NCBI GenBank assembly: GCA_951406725.2
Contig: CATOCA020000001.1
Span: 10,354,001-10,418,000, forward strand
From: Octopus vulgaris
Lineage: Eukaryota
Length of the DNA stretch: 64,000 bases
Direction: 5' to 3'
Shown: positions 41,020-55,499 of the stretch, piece by piece
Position numbering within the stretch: position 1 is the stretch's first letter
How the letters are laid out: each line of letters opens with the position of its first letter
Notes under the pieces: model-generated
Seen by the model: the letters and a program-made list of their open reading frames with translations, nothing else
Told to the model about the DNA's origin: nothing
Databases searched by the model: none
Program-made: the position numbers and the translations under genes

Positions 41020-41875
41020 GCATACATATATATATATACATGCTTGCATACATACGTAATACATTTATACATACGTACGTACATACATACATATATAACG
41101 CGTACGTACATGCATATACACATAATACATATATACCCATGTATGCAAACATGCATTCATACACATATACATACATACACACATACATACATACATTTTC
41201 ACATAATACATATATATATATATATATATATATACACATGCATATATATATATATACATGCTTGCATACATACGTAACACTTACATATACATACTTATAC
41301 ACATAATACATACATATACACACACATACATGTATACATACGTACATACATACATATATAACACATACATACATGCATGCATATACACATAATCCATAGA
41401 TAACCATGTATGCATACATGCATTCATACATACATACATACATACACACATACATGCATACATACATGCATAATATATTTATATAGTCACTCAACCGTCC
41501 GGATAATCGGACGTCATTATTTCTTGCTGGTCACACTGCAATTCTTGACGCTGTTTTCAGGACTAAGGTTTATAAGTGACCAAGACAATGACATTCTCCC
41601 TAAACAGGGAACCAGTCGAACACAGGGTTATTTATTTTCAGCTCTGTTGACTGGAACAATTTGAAATTAGGTATTTGTTTCAGGACCTCAAAGCTGGAAA
41701 TCGAAATCATAAGCACGAAATCAGGGGCTACATGACCTAATCACAGGATCACTCACCTTTCCAAAGTCTGTGTAGGTGTGGCTGTGTTTTGTGTGTGTGT
41801 ATGAAAATTTTACAAGAAAACTGGTTTGACAAGATTTAAGTGGGTTTTATATAATCTACATACATATGTACACAC

Positions 41876-41907
<32 letters not shown>

Positions 41908-42260
41908 TCTTATCCATATATATATATATATATATGCGCATAGGTTTTCAGACAATTATGGAGAGGTTACGTCATACGAAATGAATTGAATTATACTTTG
42001 ACATGACAAATTGTAAAGAGCATTCAAATTTGAATAAAAGATCTTGTGTTAGTCAGGGTGTGGCACGAAATTGAATAAGAGTAGTCACCTCCTGCTTATT
42101 AACTAACTAAGAAACATTTATATCCTTTCGCTTCGTGAGGAAACACGAATCCCAAGTTTCTCCAGCATCGAAACCATTTGAAATAAGGTAAAAAAAATTT
42201 TCTTGTCTTGAATCTTATCTTGAGAAATACAAATGTAGAAGGGCTGGAAATAGAGTTTAC

Positions 42261-42312
<52 letters not shown>

Positions 42313-42443
42313 GATTTTTTTCCCTCTGTCTTCCCTTCTCTGGATCTTTCCTTCTTTCCTGAGCGTCCAATAATACTATATTTGTTCCACGTCCTTTCGT
42401 TGTTGTGTTTTTTGTGCTTTCTTGTTTGGATTAACTTGATATA

Positions 42444-42479
<36 letters not shown>

Positions 42480-42604
42480 TGTATGTATGTATGTATGTAT
42501 GTACGTACGTACGTACGTACGTACGTACAAGAGTTTTAAATTTTTCTCGAGCATCAGGCTCCCTCCACTTATGCCTAGAGTAGAAAATAATTTTTATTTA
42601 ATTT

Positions 42605-43008
42605 AAGGCGTGAGCTGGCAGAAACGTTAGCACGCCGGACGAAATGCTGCAACGCATTTCGTCCGTCTTTACGTTCTGAGTTCAAATTCCACCGAGGTTG
42701 ACTTTACACTTTATCCTTTTGGGGTCGATGAATTAAATACCAGTTGCATACTGGTGTCGATCCAATTAACTTGTCCCCTCGCCTTGTGCCTATCGTAGAA
42801 AAGAAAAGGCAGCTAGCTTGGCAGAAACGTTAGCACGCCGGGCGAAACGCTTAGCGATGTTTCGTCTGTTTTTATTTTCTGAGTTCAAATTCCGCCGAGG
42901 TCGACTTTGCCTTTCATCCTTTCGTACTGGTCGCGTACTGGTATTACACTTATCTACTGGCCACTTCGCCCCAAATCTGGGTCCTTGTGTATTGAGTAGA
43001 AAAGAATA
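42605..43008 (+). mobile_element. Two tandem SINE family B monomers
   Basis: The GGCAGAAACGTTAGCACGCCGG head and GAGTTCAAATTCC B box each occur twice. Confidence 0.85.
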
Positions 43009-43261
43009 TTTCTTGAATTTTGCATCTAAATATAATTGTTCTCGTATTTGAAATAATATTTATATCTCGTAGGAAAGAGTATGAATTGTTTAAACATTCA
43101 AAAAGTGGGTGACTGCATACATTTCTCTCTCCACTTCTTTATCCTATGTTAACATTTTGATGTGGAATGCATTAAATATGTTTTCTCGCAATCTTAAATA
43201 TTATCTATCAGATGGATGTCTTCTGAGGATTATTTCATGTTGTCTAGAATTATTATTTCTT

Positions 43262-43468
43262 CTCTTGGCACAAGGACTTGAAAATATGTGGGGAAGGGGG
43301 TAATCGATTATATCGACCCTAGTGCGTAACTGGTACTTATTTAATCGAGCCCAAATTATGAAAGACAAAGTCGACCTCGGCGGAATTTGAACTCAGAACG
43401 TAACGGCAGACGAAATACGGCTGCGCATTTCGCTCGGCGTGCTAACGTTTCAGCCAACTCGCCGCCTT
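43262..43468 (-). mobile_element. SINE family B monomer
   Basis: Reverse complement of the family B head and body. Confidence 0.88.
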
Positions 43469-43559
43469 ATTGTTTAGAATGATTATAAAGTTTATTATGC
43501 ACGAACGGCGGAGTCTCTAAACTGCTGTGTGAATTAAAAATAGGGTTAATAATAGGCAT

Positions 43560-43800
43560 TCTATCTCTGCCCCTGGGTTGTTTAATTTCTCCACCTTCCA
43601 CCTAAGAAGGAAAATAGGGTTTGAGAGAAAATGCCTGTCCGCGAAAATGTTTCAAGATCGATGGAAGAATGTCGCCCGAAAGCTGCGTACGGATGGAACT
43701 GCATGAATACAATGCAGGATGAACCCAAAGCATCAGTGGGGAGGCAGCGCTCGTGGGGTCCAAGCACATCCCGTCCCCCCCACTCTATTCTGTAATGTTG
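43560..43800 (+). mobile_element. Possible 3' end of an L1/Tx1-like LINE
   Basis: Frame LSAPGLFNFSTFHLRRKIGFERKCLSAKMFQDRWKNVARK* resembles the F..RW C-termini of such elements. No catalytic motif. Confidence 0.3.
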
Positions 43801-43879
43801 TATATTTTATCATCCGAACTCTTCATATTTATGTAAAATTTTAAAATCCATCTTTGTGTCGATTCATACGTTAAATCTG

Positions 43880-44120
43880 ACCCCATATCAGATTGTACTG
43901 TCCCCTCTGTGTTGTCCCCTTGTGGGAAAGAAAAAAAATTTACGAAATGCTAAGCGGTATTTCGTCTGTCTTTATGTTCTGAAGTCAAATTCCGCCGAGG
44001 TCAATTTTGCCTTTCATCCATTCGCTGTCGATAAATTGAGTACCAGTTACGTACTGGGGTCGACCTAATCGACTGGCCTCCTCCTCCAAAATTTCGGGTC
44101 TTGTACCGAGAGTAGAATAG
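43880..44120 (+). mobile_element. SINE family B fragment (end of a multimer)
   Basis: Internal-type tail followed by CAAATTCCGCCGAGGTCAATTTTGCCTTTCATCC and the terminal-type tail. Confidence 0.8.
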
Positions 44121-44725
44121 GGAATTATGTTTGATTTCTCTGGAATTACCAGTAGAATAGATGACGAAATAAAATGATTATATAAAAGTGTAGATTTGTA
44201 AAGGAGAAAGAGGTGAATAATAATTGAAAAGTTGGTTTGTCGTTTATAGAGAGAGAAAGAGAGGGAGAGAGGGAGAGGGAGAGATTAAGAGACTAAACGG
44301 TGTTGGTGGTGGAGAGATTTCAAGTTATACATATGATATGTGGGTCATGCGTTTTATTATTTAAAGCATTGGGTTGTGGCCACGCTGGAGCTTAGACTTG
44401 GGTGTTTAATCAATCATATAAACCCAAATATTTTTTTAAAGTCATGTACGTATTTCTACTCTAATTAGTCAGTAATTATTAACTTATAGCATGTTTTCAT
44501 AATGTAAATTATTTGTGCATTTATATATATATTCACTAAGAGCTAATACGGCATATTTGGTTTATCGCCTAACATCGGTTGAGGACTCTTACACACAGAA
44601 AAATTTAATATGGAAGCATATTACATAGAATATTCTATTGAGTAATTGTAACATTTTATAGAGAATTTCCTCTATTTACATAATATTGAGGTCTCTTTCT
44701 TTCTTTTGTTATCTTACCGTTTTTA

Positions 44726-44769
<44 letters not shown>

Positions 44770-44805
44770 TACAAATGCACATACAAATGCTCTCTCTCTC
44801 TCTCT

Positions 44806-44849
<44 letters not shown>

Positions 44850-44857
44850 TACAAATG

Positions 44858-44907
<50 letters not shown>

Positions 44908-44920
44908 GCACATACAAATG

Positions 44921-44973
<53 letters not shown>

Positions 44974-45111
44974 TACACATGCTCTTCTATTCCCATTTAT
45001 GTTTTTCTCAAGCCATTATATAAACTATAAAAATGTCCACCATTTTTATAAGAATAGAAAGGTTGAAATAAATATATGTGAGGAAATTTAAGGGAACAAA
45101 ATTATACCTAA

Positions 45112-45197
45112 CTAGCAGTATCGCCCGGCGTTGCTTGGGTTTGTAAGGGAAATAACTATAAAGCATTTTTAGAGAGTTATAGCCAAAAAAATAGCAA
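45112..45197 (-). mobile_element. Helitron 3'-end fragment (same family as 30355-30991)
   Basis: CTAGCAGTATCGCCCGGCGTTGCTTGGGTTTGTAAGGGAAATAACTAT is the reverse complement of 30905-30991. Confidence 0.88.
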
Positions 45198-45204
45198 TAT
45201 ATTC

Positions 45205-45749
45205 TATATAAATAGAATAATCATCTACAAGGTGCACCTCGAGCTACAAATAATTCTGCTTACTACAATTATAAGGTTTTAACTTTTGCTAATTAATTAT
45301 ATCGACGCCAAAGTTAATCTTGAGGGAATTGTATCGACCCTCAAATGAAAAAAGGTGACGGGATTCGAACCCAGAATGTAAATTACCAAGGAATAGTTAT
45401 AAATATTACTAACAAGTCATTGAGTGTGTCTCTAGTAGTAATTGTTAGTATGAAACAGGTGTGCCTGTGTGTGTGCGAATCGAAGAAAAGGTGTTTGTGT
45501 GACTTATGCCACAATAAGCGAAGAGTGTTGTTACACTTGACTTAACATTAACAACTGAAGTCGCTTTTATAAAAAAAAAATTATACTTCTATCCCAGATC
45601 CCAGTAAACAACTCTATATACACCCACATACGTCTCTCAAGTATCATAAGTCAAACAAATCAATCCGGGGACATATCCTTTGTAAGCCGAGTACTTATCC
45701 TATCGATCTGTTTTGCTGAACAGCTAAGTTACGCGGACATAAACACACC

Positions 45750-45794
<45 letters not shown>

Positions 45795-47167
45795 AGAGAA
45801 GGAGAGAAAGAGCGTGTGAGGCTATTTAGGCAAGTGTGTTTACTGTTGCCTTGGGCCATCAAACTCTTGTGAGTGAATTTGGTGAACGGAAACTGAAAGA
45901 AGCCCGTCATATATATATATATATATATATATATGTATAATATTAGGGAATAAATCCAAAGTTACTGGGAAAAATTATATTCAGGATTAAATCCAATTTT
46001 ATAGTATAAATATATTATATTGTATCATATTAAATTAGAGATAAAACCACTATTAGACAAATCAAACAGTGAAAAACATAAGCCAATACATAAAATTAAT
46101 TTAAAAATATAAAAGTTAAACTTTAAAAAATTATTTACGTAATTTATACTTATAAATTTTAAATATATATATACAAATATATATATATATATAAATGTGT
46201 GTATGTATGTATCTTTTATATTTATATATTATTTTATTTAATAATTTATTAATTAATTAATTTATTTAATTATTTATTTATTAATTTATTTTATTATCAT
46301 ATAAATATCAAAAGTATTACAACTTTTAATAATTTTGATACTTATATAATAAAAAAAAAATTAATTAATGAATAAAATAATATATAAATATAAAAATATA
46401 CATACATACACACACACATATATATATATATATATATGTATTTGTATATATATATTTAAAATTTATAAGTTTAAATTATTTAAATAATTTTTTAAATTTT
46501 AACTTTTATATTTTTAAATCAATTTTATGCATTGGCTTATGTTTTTCACTGTTAGATTTGCCTAATAGTGGTTTTATCTCTAATTTAATATAATATATAT
46601 ATATATAAATGTTTGCAGCTTGTTAAGAAGGTTCTGAAAACAATTACAGTACGGACATTTGATAAGAAACATAGAAGCAACTTCGATGAGATTTTCTTTC
46701 CTTTTATATCGACCTCCATATTCAACTTGTCCTTATTTAATCGACCCTAAAAGCATAAAAGTCAAATTAACATTGGTGGAATTCGAACGCGGAATGTGAA
46801 GCTCCTGGGCAGAGCTCTAAACATTAGTAACAATGTATTAGCTGGATGTGTGTGTGTGTGTAATGGTTTGGTGTGTCACTTATTTTGTAATTGGTGAAAA
46901 GTGTTTCTCACCTGCTGCCTTTAAACCTGACTTTACAAAAAATTGTTTTGCCCAACTGGAGGCTATTATTATTTTAAGCCATTAAACGACTATCATCATC
47001 ATCATCATTATTATCAAATCTATACACACACACACTTGTCAGCATTTGTATATATTTTCATATATCTATAGATGTATATGCCTGCATATATATGCCTTTA
47101 TGACTACATAGGTACCTGTGTATATGTATATATAAGCATAAGCATATCACAGTATATACACAAATAA

Positions 47168-47257
<90 letters not shown>

Positions 47258-47900
47258 CTTAGTTTTAACATCTGCACTTTTCCCCCCACTATCTGATGTC
47301 GCTGGGTCAGAAGTGAGGGCTACTGGCATTTAGTAAAACTATCGAATATAGCGCCGATGACGGAATTCAAACTGTTTTCCACGTTTGCGACCCAGAAACA
47401 TATGTCCGCTATTAACGGTAAGTGATTGAATTCGTATATTTGCCACTCCGGTTTTGTGTATGTGAGCCGTAAGGGCCTTCGTTGTTGGATTCTCCACTTA
47501 TAGAAATTGGAAAAACGGTCTTTGACTGCCATTTCTAATTCCTTCGGTATGAGGTGAAACAGCCTGCTGTTAACCTTCTTATTTTTTCTTTACTATATAC
47601 TGAACCTTACAAAGGTCTTGACAATTAATTTGTCGTATTTACATACCGAAATTTACCGGTAAATAATTGTTGGTTACATGATAAACCACAGGAAAATTAA
47701 TTACCATTTTTATTGAATTATATATATATATATATATATATAATCATTACAGATAAATGGTGAAATATAATTAATTTAATAAAATCAAGGCCCATATTCG
47801 GGAAAAGAGTATATAATTATATTATAACAATAACAATAGGGGTCTTTTCGGTATGTGGTCAATCAACTTGTGGCAAAGACCTTTATTGTTATATATATAT

Positions 47901-47971
<71 letters not shown>

Positions 47972-48536
47972 TAGATATATATATAGATATATGTTTTTGT
48001 GCATGCGTGTGTTTACATATATGTGTGTCTGTGTGATTATGTTCGCATAACTTACCAGTTCGGCAAGAAAGAGCGATACAATAAGAACTTACGTCGAATG
48101 TTTCGTCTAAAAATTTGTAATAATATACTCCAAGACATAATCATATTCTGAAAGCCTTTAATGTGTTATATTTAATTAAATATTCCAGTACCATGCACCG
48201 CTGCTCAGCGTTAAAAGGTATATACATACATACATACATACATACATACATACATACATACATACATACATACATACACATACATACATACATACATACA
48301 TACATACATGCATGCATACATACACACACAGACACACACACATACATATATATATATGTATATATGTTTGTATTGATGTATGTGTATATATATATATGTA
48401 AATTTATATAACTAATAATAATGGCCTGCATGGGAATGAAAACCTCATAGATAATAATTATTATCAAAATTATAACTTAGCTGCTAGATATAGCAGCTAA
48501 AACCTGACTCTAAAACCACATTAAATGTTCACACAG
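45205..48536. repeat. Segmental duplication, copy 2 (paralogue at 34660-37773)
   Basis: See copy 1. Carries an extra segment at about 47140-47720 and lacks the triple-head SINE. Confidence 0.93.
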
Positions 48537-48539
48537 TTC

Positions 48540-49405
48540 TTTTTTTCAGTTGGTTTAAATGTGTTCCCACGTTTCACCTTTTACCATTTACGTTATTTTT
48601 CCAAAACGTTTACTTATTATAATTTCTTCCCAACTTTCCTCTCCATTTCTGTATATTTAAAAGCAAAAACACCTTGTCACCGAATTTGAAGTATTTTATC
48701 TTATTTTCGGTGTTTCCTTTTATTTTCCCCCACCTTTTCTTCCCGGTAGTAATTTGTCGAGCACTGACCTGACTTTCCTGGCGAACAATAGTTCAGCCGG
48801 CGACATACCTGAAGTGGTGTTGGGGTTAGGTGTTATTCGGTAGACACTTAAGAAATGCGTCAATGCAGTATGAACTAGTATCTCATTCCTAGCTGGGTTT
48901 TTTTAGCGTCCTCTTAAACTTGTCTACAAAACGTTCCGCTAGTCCATTCGATCTCGGATGTTATGGCCAAGTAGTAATATGGTCCATTGCATGCATTTTG
49001 TAAAAGCTTATTAATTCTTTCGATGTCAACTATGTTCCGCTTTCAGACACTATATTGTCTGGGGTGCCATATCGCGCAAAATGTTCGTCCAGAAATTGCA
49101 TTGCCACTTTGGAGGTTGGCTTCCTACATTTACATATTTCTGGCCATTTCGTGTAACTGTCCACAGCTAATAGATAATGCCTTCAATTTATCGGTCCTCT
49201 ACTCTATGTCAGTCTTGGGCCAAGGCTGAACTTTTATAGGTAGTGCTTTTTGTTGCCAGGGCACAACCCCTGCAGGCCTTCACCAATTTCAATTTCCTGA
49301 TCCATATTCAACCAGTAAACTTAGCTTCTCATCAGTGCTTTCATTCTTGCGATTCCTGGATGTCCCTTGTGGAATACTTTTAGCATACAATATTGCAAAG
49401 CTGCA
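48540..49405 (-). pseudogene. Ty3/Gypsy integrase remnant
   Basis: HKGHPGIARMKALMRS*VYW (zinc-binding region), VDSYTKWPE, ARYGTPDNIVSE, HPRSNGLAERFVDKFKR and YRITPN..SPAEL, spread across frameshifts and stops. Confidence 0.9.
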
Positions 49406-49639
49406 ACAAATGTGAATAAATATCTAAATGGATAGGCATACACATGCGTGTATGTGTATTTGTGTATACATATACATTTAAATATATGTATATAGATATG
49501 TATACATATGCAATGAGTGTATGTATACATTTGACAGTTTTCACAAAAGGAAAATAAAACTCCTTATCACATCCAAAAATAAGCGTTTTAAAAATTCAAA
49601 ACCTGTCAAAACTAGGTTTTGGCTGAGAGATAAAGGTTT

Positions 49640-50250
49640 CCTGAAATTATCTGCCCTTCACTTCCACCACAGCCTCAACACATCTTCAAAGCCTGGCATA
49701 TGCATTCCTCACTGTGTCCTTGGGGAGATTTTCGAACCCCTCTTTGATCTTGGGCATCAGCTTGGACTTAGCGCTGCAGGAAAAGGGGTTGGTATCTTTC
49801 TCAATTGCGCCCCTCACATAGTCATCCAGGGTATTACAATCAGGGGAATTAGAAGACCAGAAATTCGGGCTGGGGGCAGTCGTAGAAAATCTCCAACAAT
49901 CACGTCTGGTTCCTTCCAGCGGTATGACGAAGAGATGAATCTTGCTGCTACACATATGACCTTCCCATGGCAATCCTTTCCAGCCAGAATTTGATCCCAG
50001 TCTGCAGCAGTTTCACAAAGCTGTCTGTGAAGAGCGTAACTCACTACCTGCTCAACGATGTGGCAATGAATTGTGGTGTGGTGCAGACACAGTCAGAACT
50101 CCTACTATGTCCCTTCCCAGTAGCTACAGATTCACAGTCTCATGCGTGTGTCACATCTCACAGCCTTTACAGTATTCACAGAGCATTGAGCATCAGTCAT
50201 GATGTCGGCATTTTGATATCCACCAAAAATTACAATGATACAGGAAACTC
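49640..50250 (-). pseudogene. Tc1/mariner-superfamily (maT/DD37D-like) transposase remnant, internally deleted
   Basis: YV*QQDSS, WSSNSPDCNTLDDYVRGAIEKDTN and VRNAYARL, with a probable N-terminal piece GHSRSSDCV.TTPQFI. Confidence 0.8.
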
Positions 50251-51239
50251 TTTTCAAATATTCAGAAATTTAATCTCCATGGTCTCCAACGCTGTTGACT
50301 GTTCACTAATGCATGAAGCTCTTGAGGAAAAGAAGTCGACTAAACAAATCACCAAATTTGTGTACTTATAATATATACAAGCGCTCACTCGACCTTTGAC
50401 CCAGTGTGTACTCTACACAAATGTATTCATAAAACATCTATCGTAATGCTTATGTATTAAGATCTTAGTTAAAGGTTACTAGTCGCTCCTCTCCAAAAGA
50501 TAAAGTTTTAAATTCCAACCTGACTTGTCGTTACTTTGATGTTTCCTCTTCTCTGTAGCAGGCATTTCTATCTGCGTCACTTTGAAGTTGTTCTGTTAAC
50601 ATATATTCTCTTAAGCTGGCTTTTCTAATGGCTTGAGACTCGAACCTCTGTCGTTTCTTCCTTGGGAAAGGAAGGGCATTGCAAGAATCAAAGCCACGAT
50701 CTAGCTATTGTGAGGGTAACACCCGAATCACTGTGCCATACAGCTACTCACACATGCACACGAGTATACACATACATAGACTTATATATGTACGTATATG
50801 CATATAAAGCAATCATTTTACACCTTTTCTCCATACTACCATGGGTTGTATGAGTATATTATTGATCCATTCTTTTTGGATCTGGATCCCCTTCATGTTA
50901 TTAACCCTTACCTGTTGTTCAAGGGATCACTTATTCCAATGGTTTGTCTATTAACAGGGAAAATGATAATCGTTCATAGCTGAGCAATTTTCAGTGAAAG
51001 CAAATGGAAACATACACACACACACTCAAGCAGGTGTGTGCATATATATATGCATACGTACACTCACACAAACACACAGACACTTCATTTTGGCAGTTTT
51101 TTCACTGGTCCTCAGATATTGTCCAGTGGTGTACGATGGGCTTCTCTCAGATTATCTCTATTTAATCCACTCAGAAGCCTTGATCAGCCATGGGATTTAG
51201 AAGAAGGTACTTGCTCAAGGTGTCATACAGTGGGAAAAA

Positions 51240-51400
51240 ACTGGTGGTTGATGTTTGGAAGAGCATCCAGCTGTAAAATCCCTTTCCTAAATAGACAATA
51301 GCCCAGGGTAGTTTTTCCTACCTGGACGGCTCCTGTCATCCATCTTACTCATGAATTCATGGAAGGTGGACAGTATATGGTGATGATGATGATGATTGCC
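51240..51400 (+). mobile_element. 3' part of a SINE with a (GAT)n tail; related minus-strand copy at 60857-61000
   Basis: GCATCCAGCTGTAAAA...CATGGAAGGTGGAC...GATGATGATG versus CATCATCGTTTAACGTCTG...ACTGGATGCC. Confidence 0.6.
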
Positions 51401-51661
51401 GGTGGCACGAAAAAAGCACCAACCGATCGTGGTCGTTGCCAGCCTCCCCTGGCACATAAAAAGCACCCACTACACTCAATTTGTTTTTCTATATAAAGTG
51501 TCCCCCACCCTAGCTGGGGTATGATCCACAGATTTATAGCTCAAGATGTAAGCAGAGGAATGTAGCTAACCTAGAGACACAACACAATGACTGTTGTTAG
51601 GTTTATTAGTGTCAAGAAGAGCATTCAGCTATGAATAATACTTTAGATAAACTGAAGTTTA

Positions 51662-51699
<38 letters not shown>

Positions 51700-51739
<40 letters not shown>

Positions 51740-51968
51740 TATATACATATATGTACACACAACACACATTGAGTGAGTGAGAGATAGAGCATAATCTTGC
51801 CTTCTCTTTTTATACGTATATGAGTGTATATTTATACACACAAATATACATATACATACATAGGGTTAGTGTTAGGGTATATAATAAAAGAAGGAAAGGT
51901 CATATGTATGCACACACAATAACACACACTAATAAATATACGTGTGTGTGTGTGTGTATATATATATG

Positions 51969-52011
<43 letters not shown>

Positions 52012-52122
52012 TTTTATGTATATATGTAAACATATATACATATAAGATATATTTATATACATATATATGTATATATAAACACATATATATTTACATATAT
52101 ATAAAAGCACATGCATATTAAT

Positions 52123-52164
<42 letters not shown>

Positions 52165-52245
52165 CAGAGAGAGAGAGAGATACATACATAAGACAGATAC
52201 AATACATACATACATATATAATCGTACATATATACAAGTGTAATA

Positions 52246-52293
<48 letters not shown>

Positions 52294-52518
52294 CGTATAC
52301 AACAACATCTGTGCAGCAGCATGGAAGTATGTGTATGAATGTGAATACATATCTGTATGCATGAATATATACATTTGATTCTGTTGTGCATCTAAGAAAA
52401 TACATAGGAGATTTTGCTGTTGTTTCTAGCTCATCGTATAAGCACCTACAGCCTTCCACGTCTTTCTCTAATGCTATTTAAGTAGACATATAAGTATGTA
52501 TACACATACACACACACA

Positions 52519-52560
<42 letters not shown>

Positions 52561-52565
52561 AACAC

Positions 52566-52596
<31 letters not shown>

Positions 52597-52597
52597 T

Positions 52598-52631
<34 letters not shown>

Positions 52632-53096
52632 GTATGTATATGAACCCATATGTGTGTATGTGTGCGTGTTTGTGTTAGTTTGCTATAAACCTCTGTGTGT
52701 ATGGTTGTTCAACTGCCTATACTGTATATGCGATTATGTGTATATGTTGTTTGAATGCACGCACACACACACACACACGCACACACAGATATCTCACTAT
52801 ATATGAATGTATATATATGTACGTATGTGTATGAACTTACACACACATCTGTATATAAATGCACACATGACGATGTATATATATCTGTATTTATATATAT
52901 GTATACACTCATATAGGTGTGTGCAGTAGTAGTTGTAGTAGAAGTAGTGGTGGTGGTGGTGGTGGTGACAATACATAGGAGATTTTGCTGTTGTTTCTAG
53001 CTCATCGTATAACCATCTTCTGCCTTCCACGTCTTTCTCTACATGTAATTAAAGTTGACACACACACACTCATATATATACATCACTTTATATATA

Positions 53097-53139
<43 letters not shown>

Positions 53140-53420
53140 TTGAGTGAGTGAGAGATAGAGCATAATCAAAATAAACCGATAAAACTTTGTTTTTTACGTA
53201 GATCCGTATATATGTCTGTGATTGTGTCTGTTTGTGTTTGTGTCATTCTATATACATGTGTGTGTGGGTGTGTATATATATATGTGTATATATATATGTA
53301 TATATATCTATCTTTTTATGTATATATGTAAACAAATATACATATAGGATATATTTATATACATATATATGTATATATGAACACATATATCTTTACATAT
53401 ATATAAAAGCTCATGCGTAT

Positions 53421-53452
<32 letters not shown>

Positions 53453-53516
53453 GATACATACATACATACATAAATACACACAAACATACATAATCGTACA
53501 TATATACAAGTGTAGT

Positions 53517-53554
<38 letters not shown>

Positions 53555-53563
53555 TACACACAC

Positions 53564-53612
<49 letters not shown>

Positions 53613-53720
53613 CATGCGTATACATCAACATCTGTGCATCAGCATGCAAATATTTGTATGTACGTGAATACATATCTGTATGTATGAATATATACATTCG
53701 TATCTGTTGTGCATCTATAG
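51700..53720. repeat. Degenerate local duplication (about 1.35-kb offset) plus a 70-bp direct repeat (52399 and 52970)
   Basis: CACATTGAGTGAGTGAGAGATAGAGCATAATC at about 51765 and 53136. AACATCTGTGCA at about 52304 and 53627. Confidence 0.8.
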
Positions 53721-54137
53721 TCATGAATTCATTCAAACATATTACAGCAGTGGCACATATACAAGTCTGTGCAAAGAATGTATATAACTCATTGCAAGTG
53801 GCATTTTGTCAAAGGAAACTGGAAGGAGCGTCTCGTGTATGTCTGTATATATAGAGAGATATAAGTATTCATACATATATATATATATAATTATATATAT
53901 GTGTGTGTCTACATGTGTGTGAAATATGTGTATGTGTGTGTGTACGCGTGCGTGTGTTATTATGTACTTGTTTTTCCTGCATCAAGATTTGCAGCCGGTG
54001 CTGGTGCGTTTACATCCCCATAATCCAGCGGTTTAGCACAACCTGCTGGAATAAGTAAGATTTTTCATTAAATGTTCTGTGCTCCATTTGTCCAACCCAA
54101 ACCCTAGAATATGTTGCCCCAGCATGGCCGCAGTAAG

Positions 54138-54235
<98 letters not shown>

Positions 54236-55468
54236 GGTTATGGTGGTGCTGGTGGTGGTGGTGGTGGTGACATTGCTTGATTAATAAATTCCTCGCAATC
54301 CCCAGATTTTAACGATAGGGTACCGAATAAGTTGTGAGGACGGGGTCTTTCGTGGACATAGTTGCCAAAGTAAGAACGGGGTTTGATAAAGTTTAGAGAG
54401 TTACTGTGTCTGCTGGCCACAAATGGCTTGTTTGTCAGTGACATGGCCAAAGCGATGTGCCTCGTGGTAGCAAGTGATGGGCCTTGAATGGAGGGGATCT
54501 GCAAAAGTTTGGAAAGAAATGTGGTGACGATGGAAGTGTAATGTTAGTTTCTATGAATGGTAAAGAACAAATGAGCTGAGAGAAAAAGACATGAGACATA
54601 AAAGAAGTTATGTGATATATTCAAGTCTAAGATTAAACCTATGTTATACTTTGAAAGTCATGTTTGCCATATTACCACCGTTTATTATTTTATTTTTGAG
54701 CACCATAGCATACTTAAAAATAATTTCAAATATAAAACAATATTAAATTTGGGTTCGAAGTTTAGCTTTATATTATACACTTAATGAATCACAGGACTAA
54801 ACTCGCTAAATTATCTTAATGTAATCAACCTGTTTACAACAATATCTTTATTTCGATCGTCCAAACAAAACCCTTGACATACTTTTTAATCACTAATACC
54901 TGGTAACTATTGTTCAAATTGGTTTCCATTGTTTAGTTGAAAAGATCTTTGCATTTTCAAGTAGATCATTGCTGATATTATTCTCTTAATCAGTAAAGAA
55001 GCTAATTGTTGAAATCGAAAAATAAATATGACAGTCACCAAATGTTGAAACGGAGATAAAAAAAAACAGTTCTTGAAATATCGGTTTCAAATCATGGTAC
55101 AAGACCAGTAATGGTTTTGGAAGGGTTAACCGATTATATTGACCCCAGAACTGGTACTTGTTTAGCTACCCTGGAAGGAAGAAAAACAAAGTCGACCTCG
55201 GCAGAATTTTTCTCTCCTTCCTTTCCCTTTCTTTCTTTCTTTCTTTCTTTCTTTCCTTTCTTTCTTTCTTTCTTTCCCTTTCTTTCTTTCTTTCTGTCTT
55301 TCTTTCTGTCTTTCTTTCTTTCTGTCTCTCTTTCTTTCTGTCTTTCTTTCTTCCTTCCTTCCTTCCTTCCTTTCTCTCCCTTCTTTCCATTCTTTATCCC
55401 TCTCTCCCTTTTACTGTCTTCATTCATACCTCTCTCTCATACTCTCTCACGGTCTGTCTCTGTCTGTC

Positions 55469-55499
<31 letters not shown>

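Noticed and set aside
47262-47700. Unique insert in duplication copy 2 as a coding exon
   Set aside because: The short ORF has no recognisable motif or clear splice signals, so it is left unassigned.
51861-51878. Telomeric TTAGGG repeat
   Set aside because: Only 2-3 imperfect units, compatible with chance.
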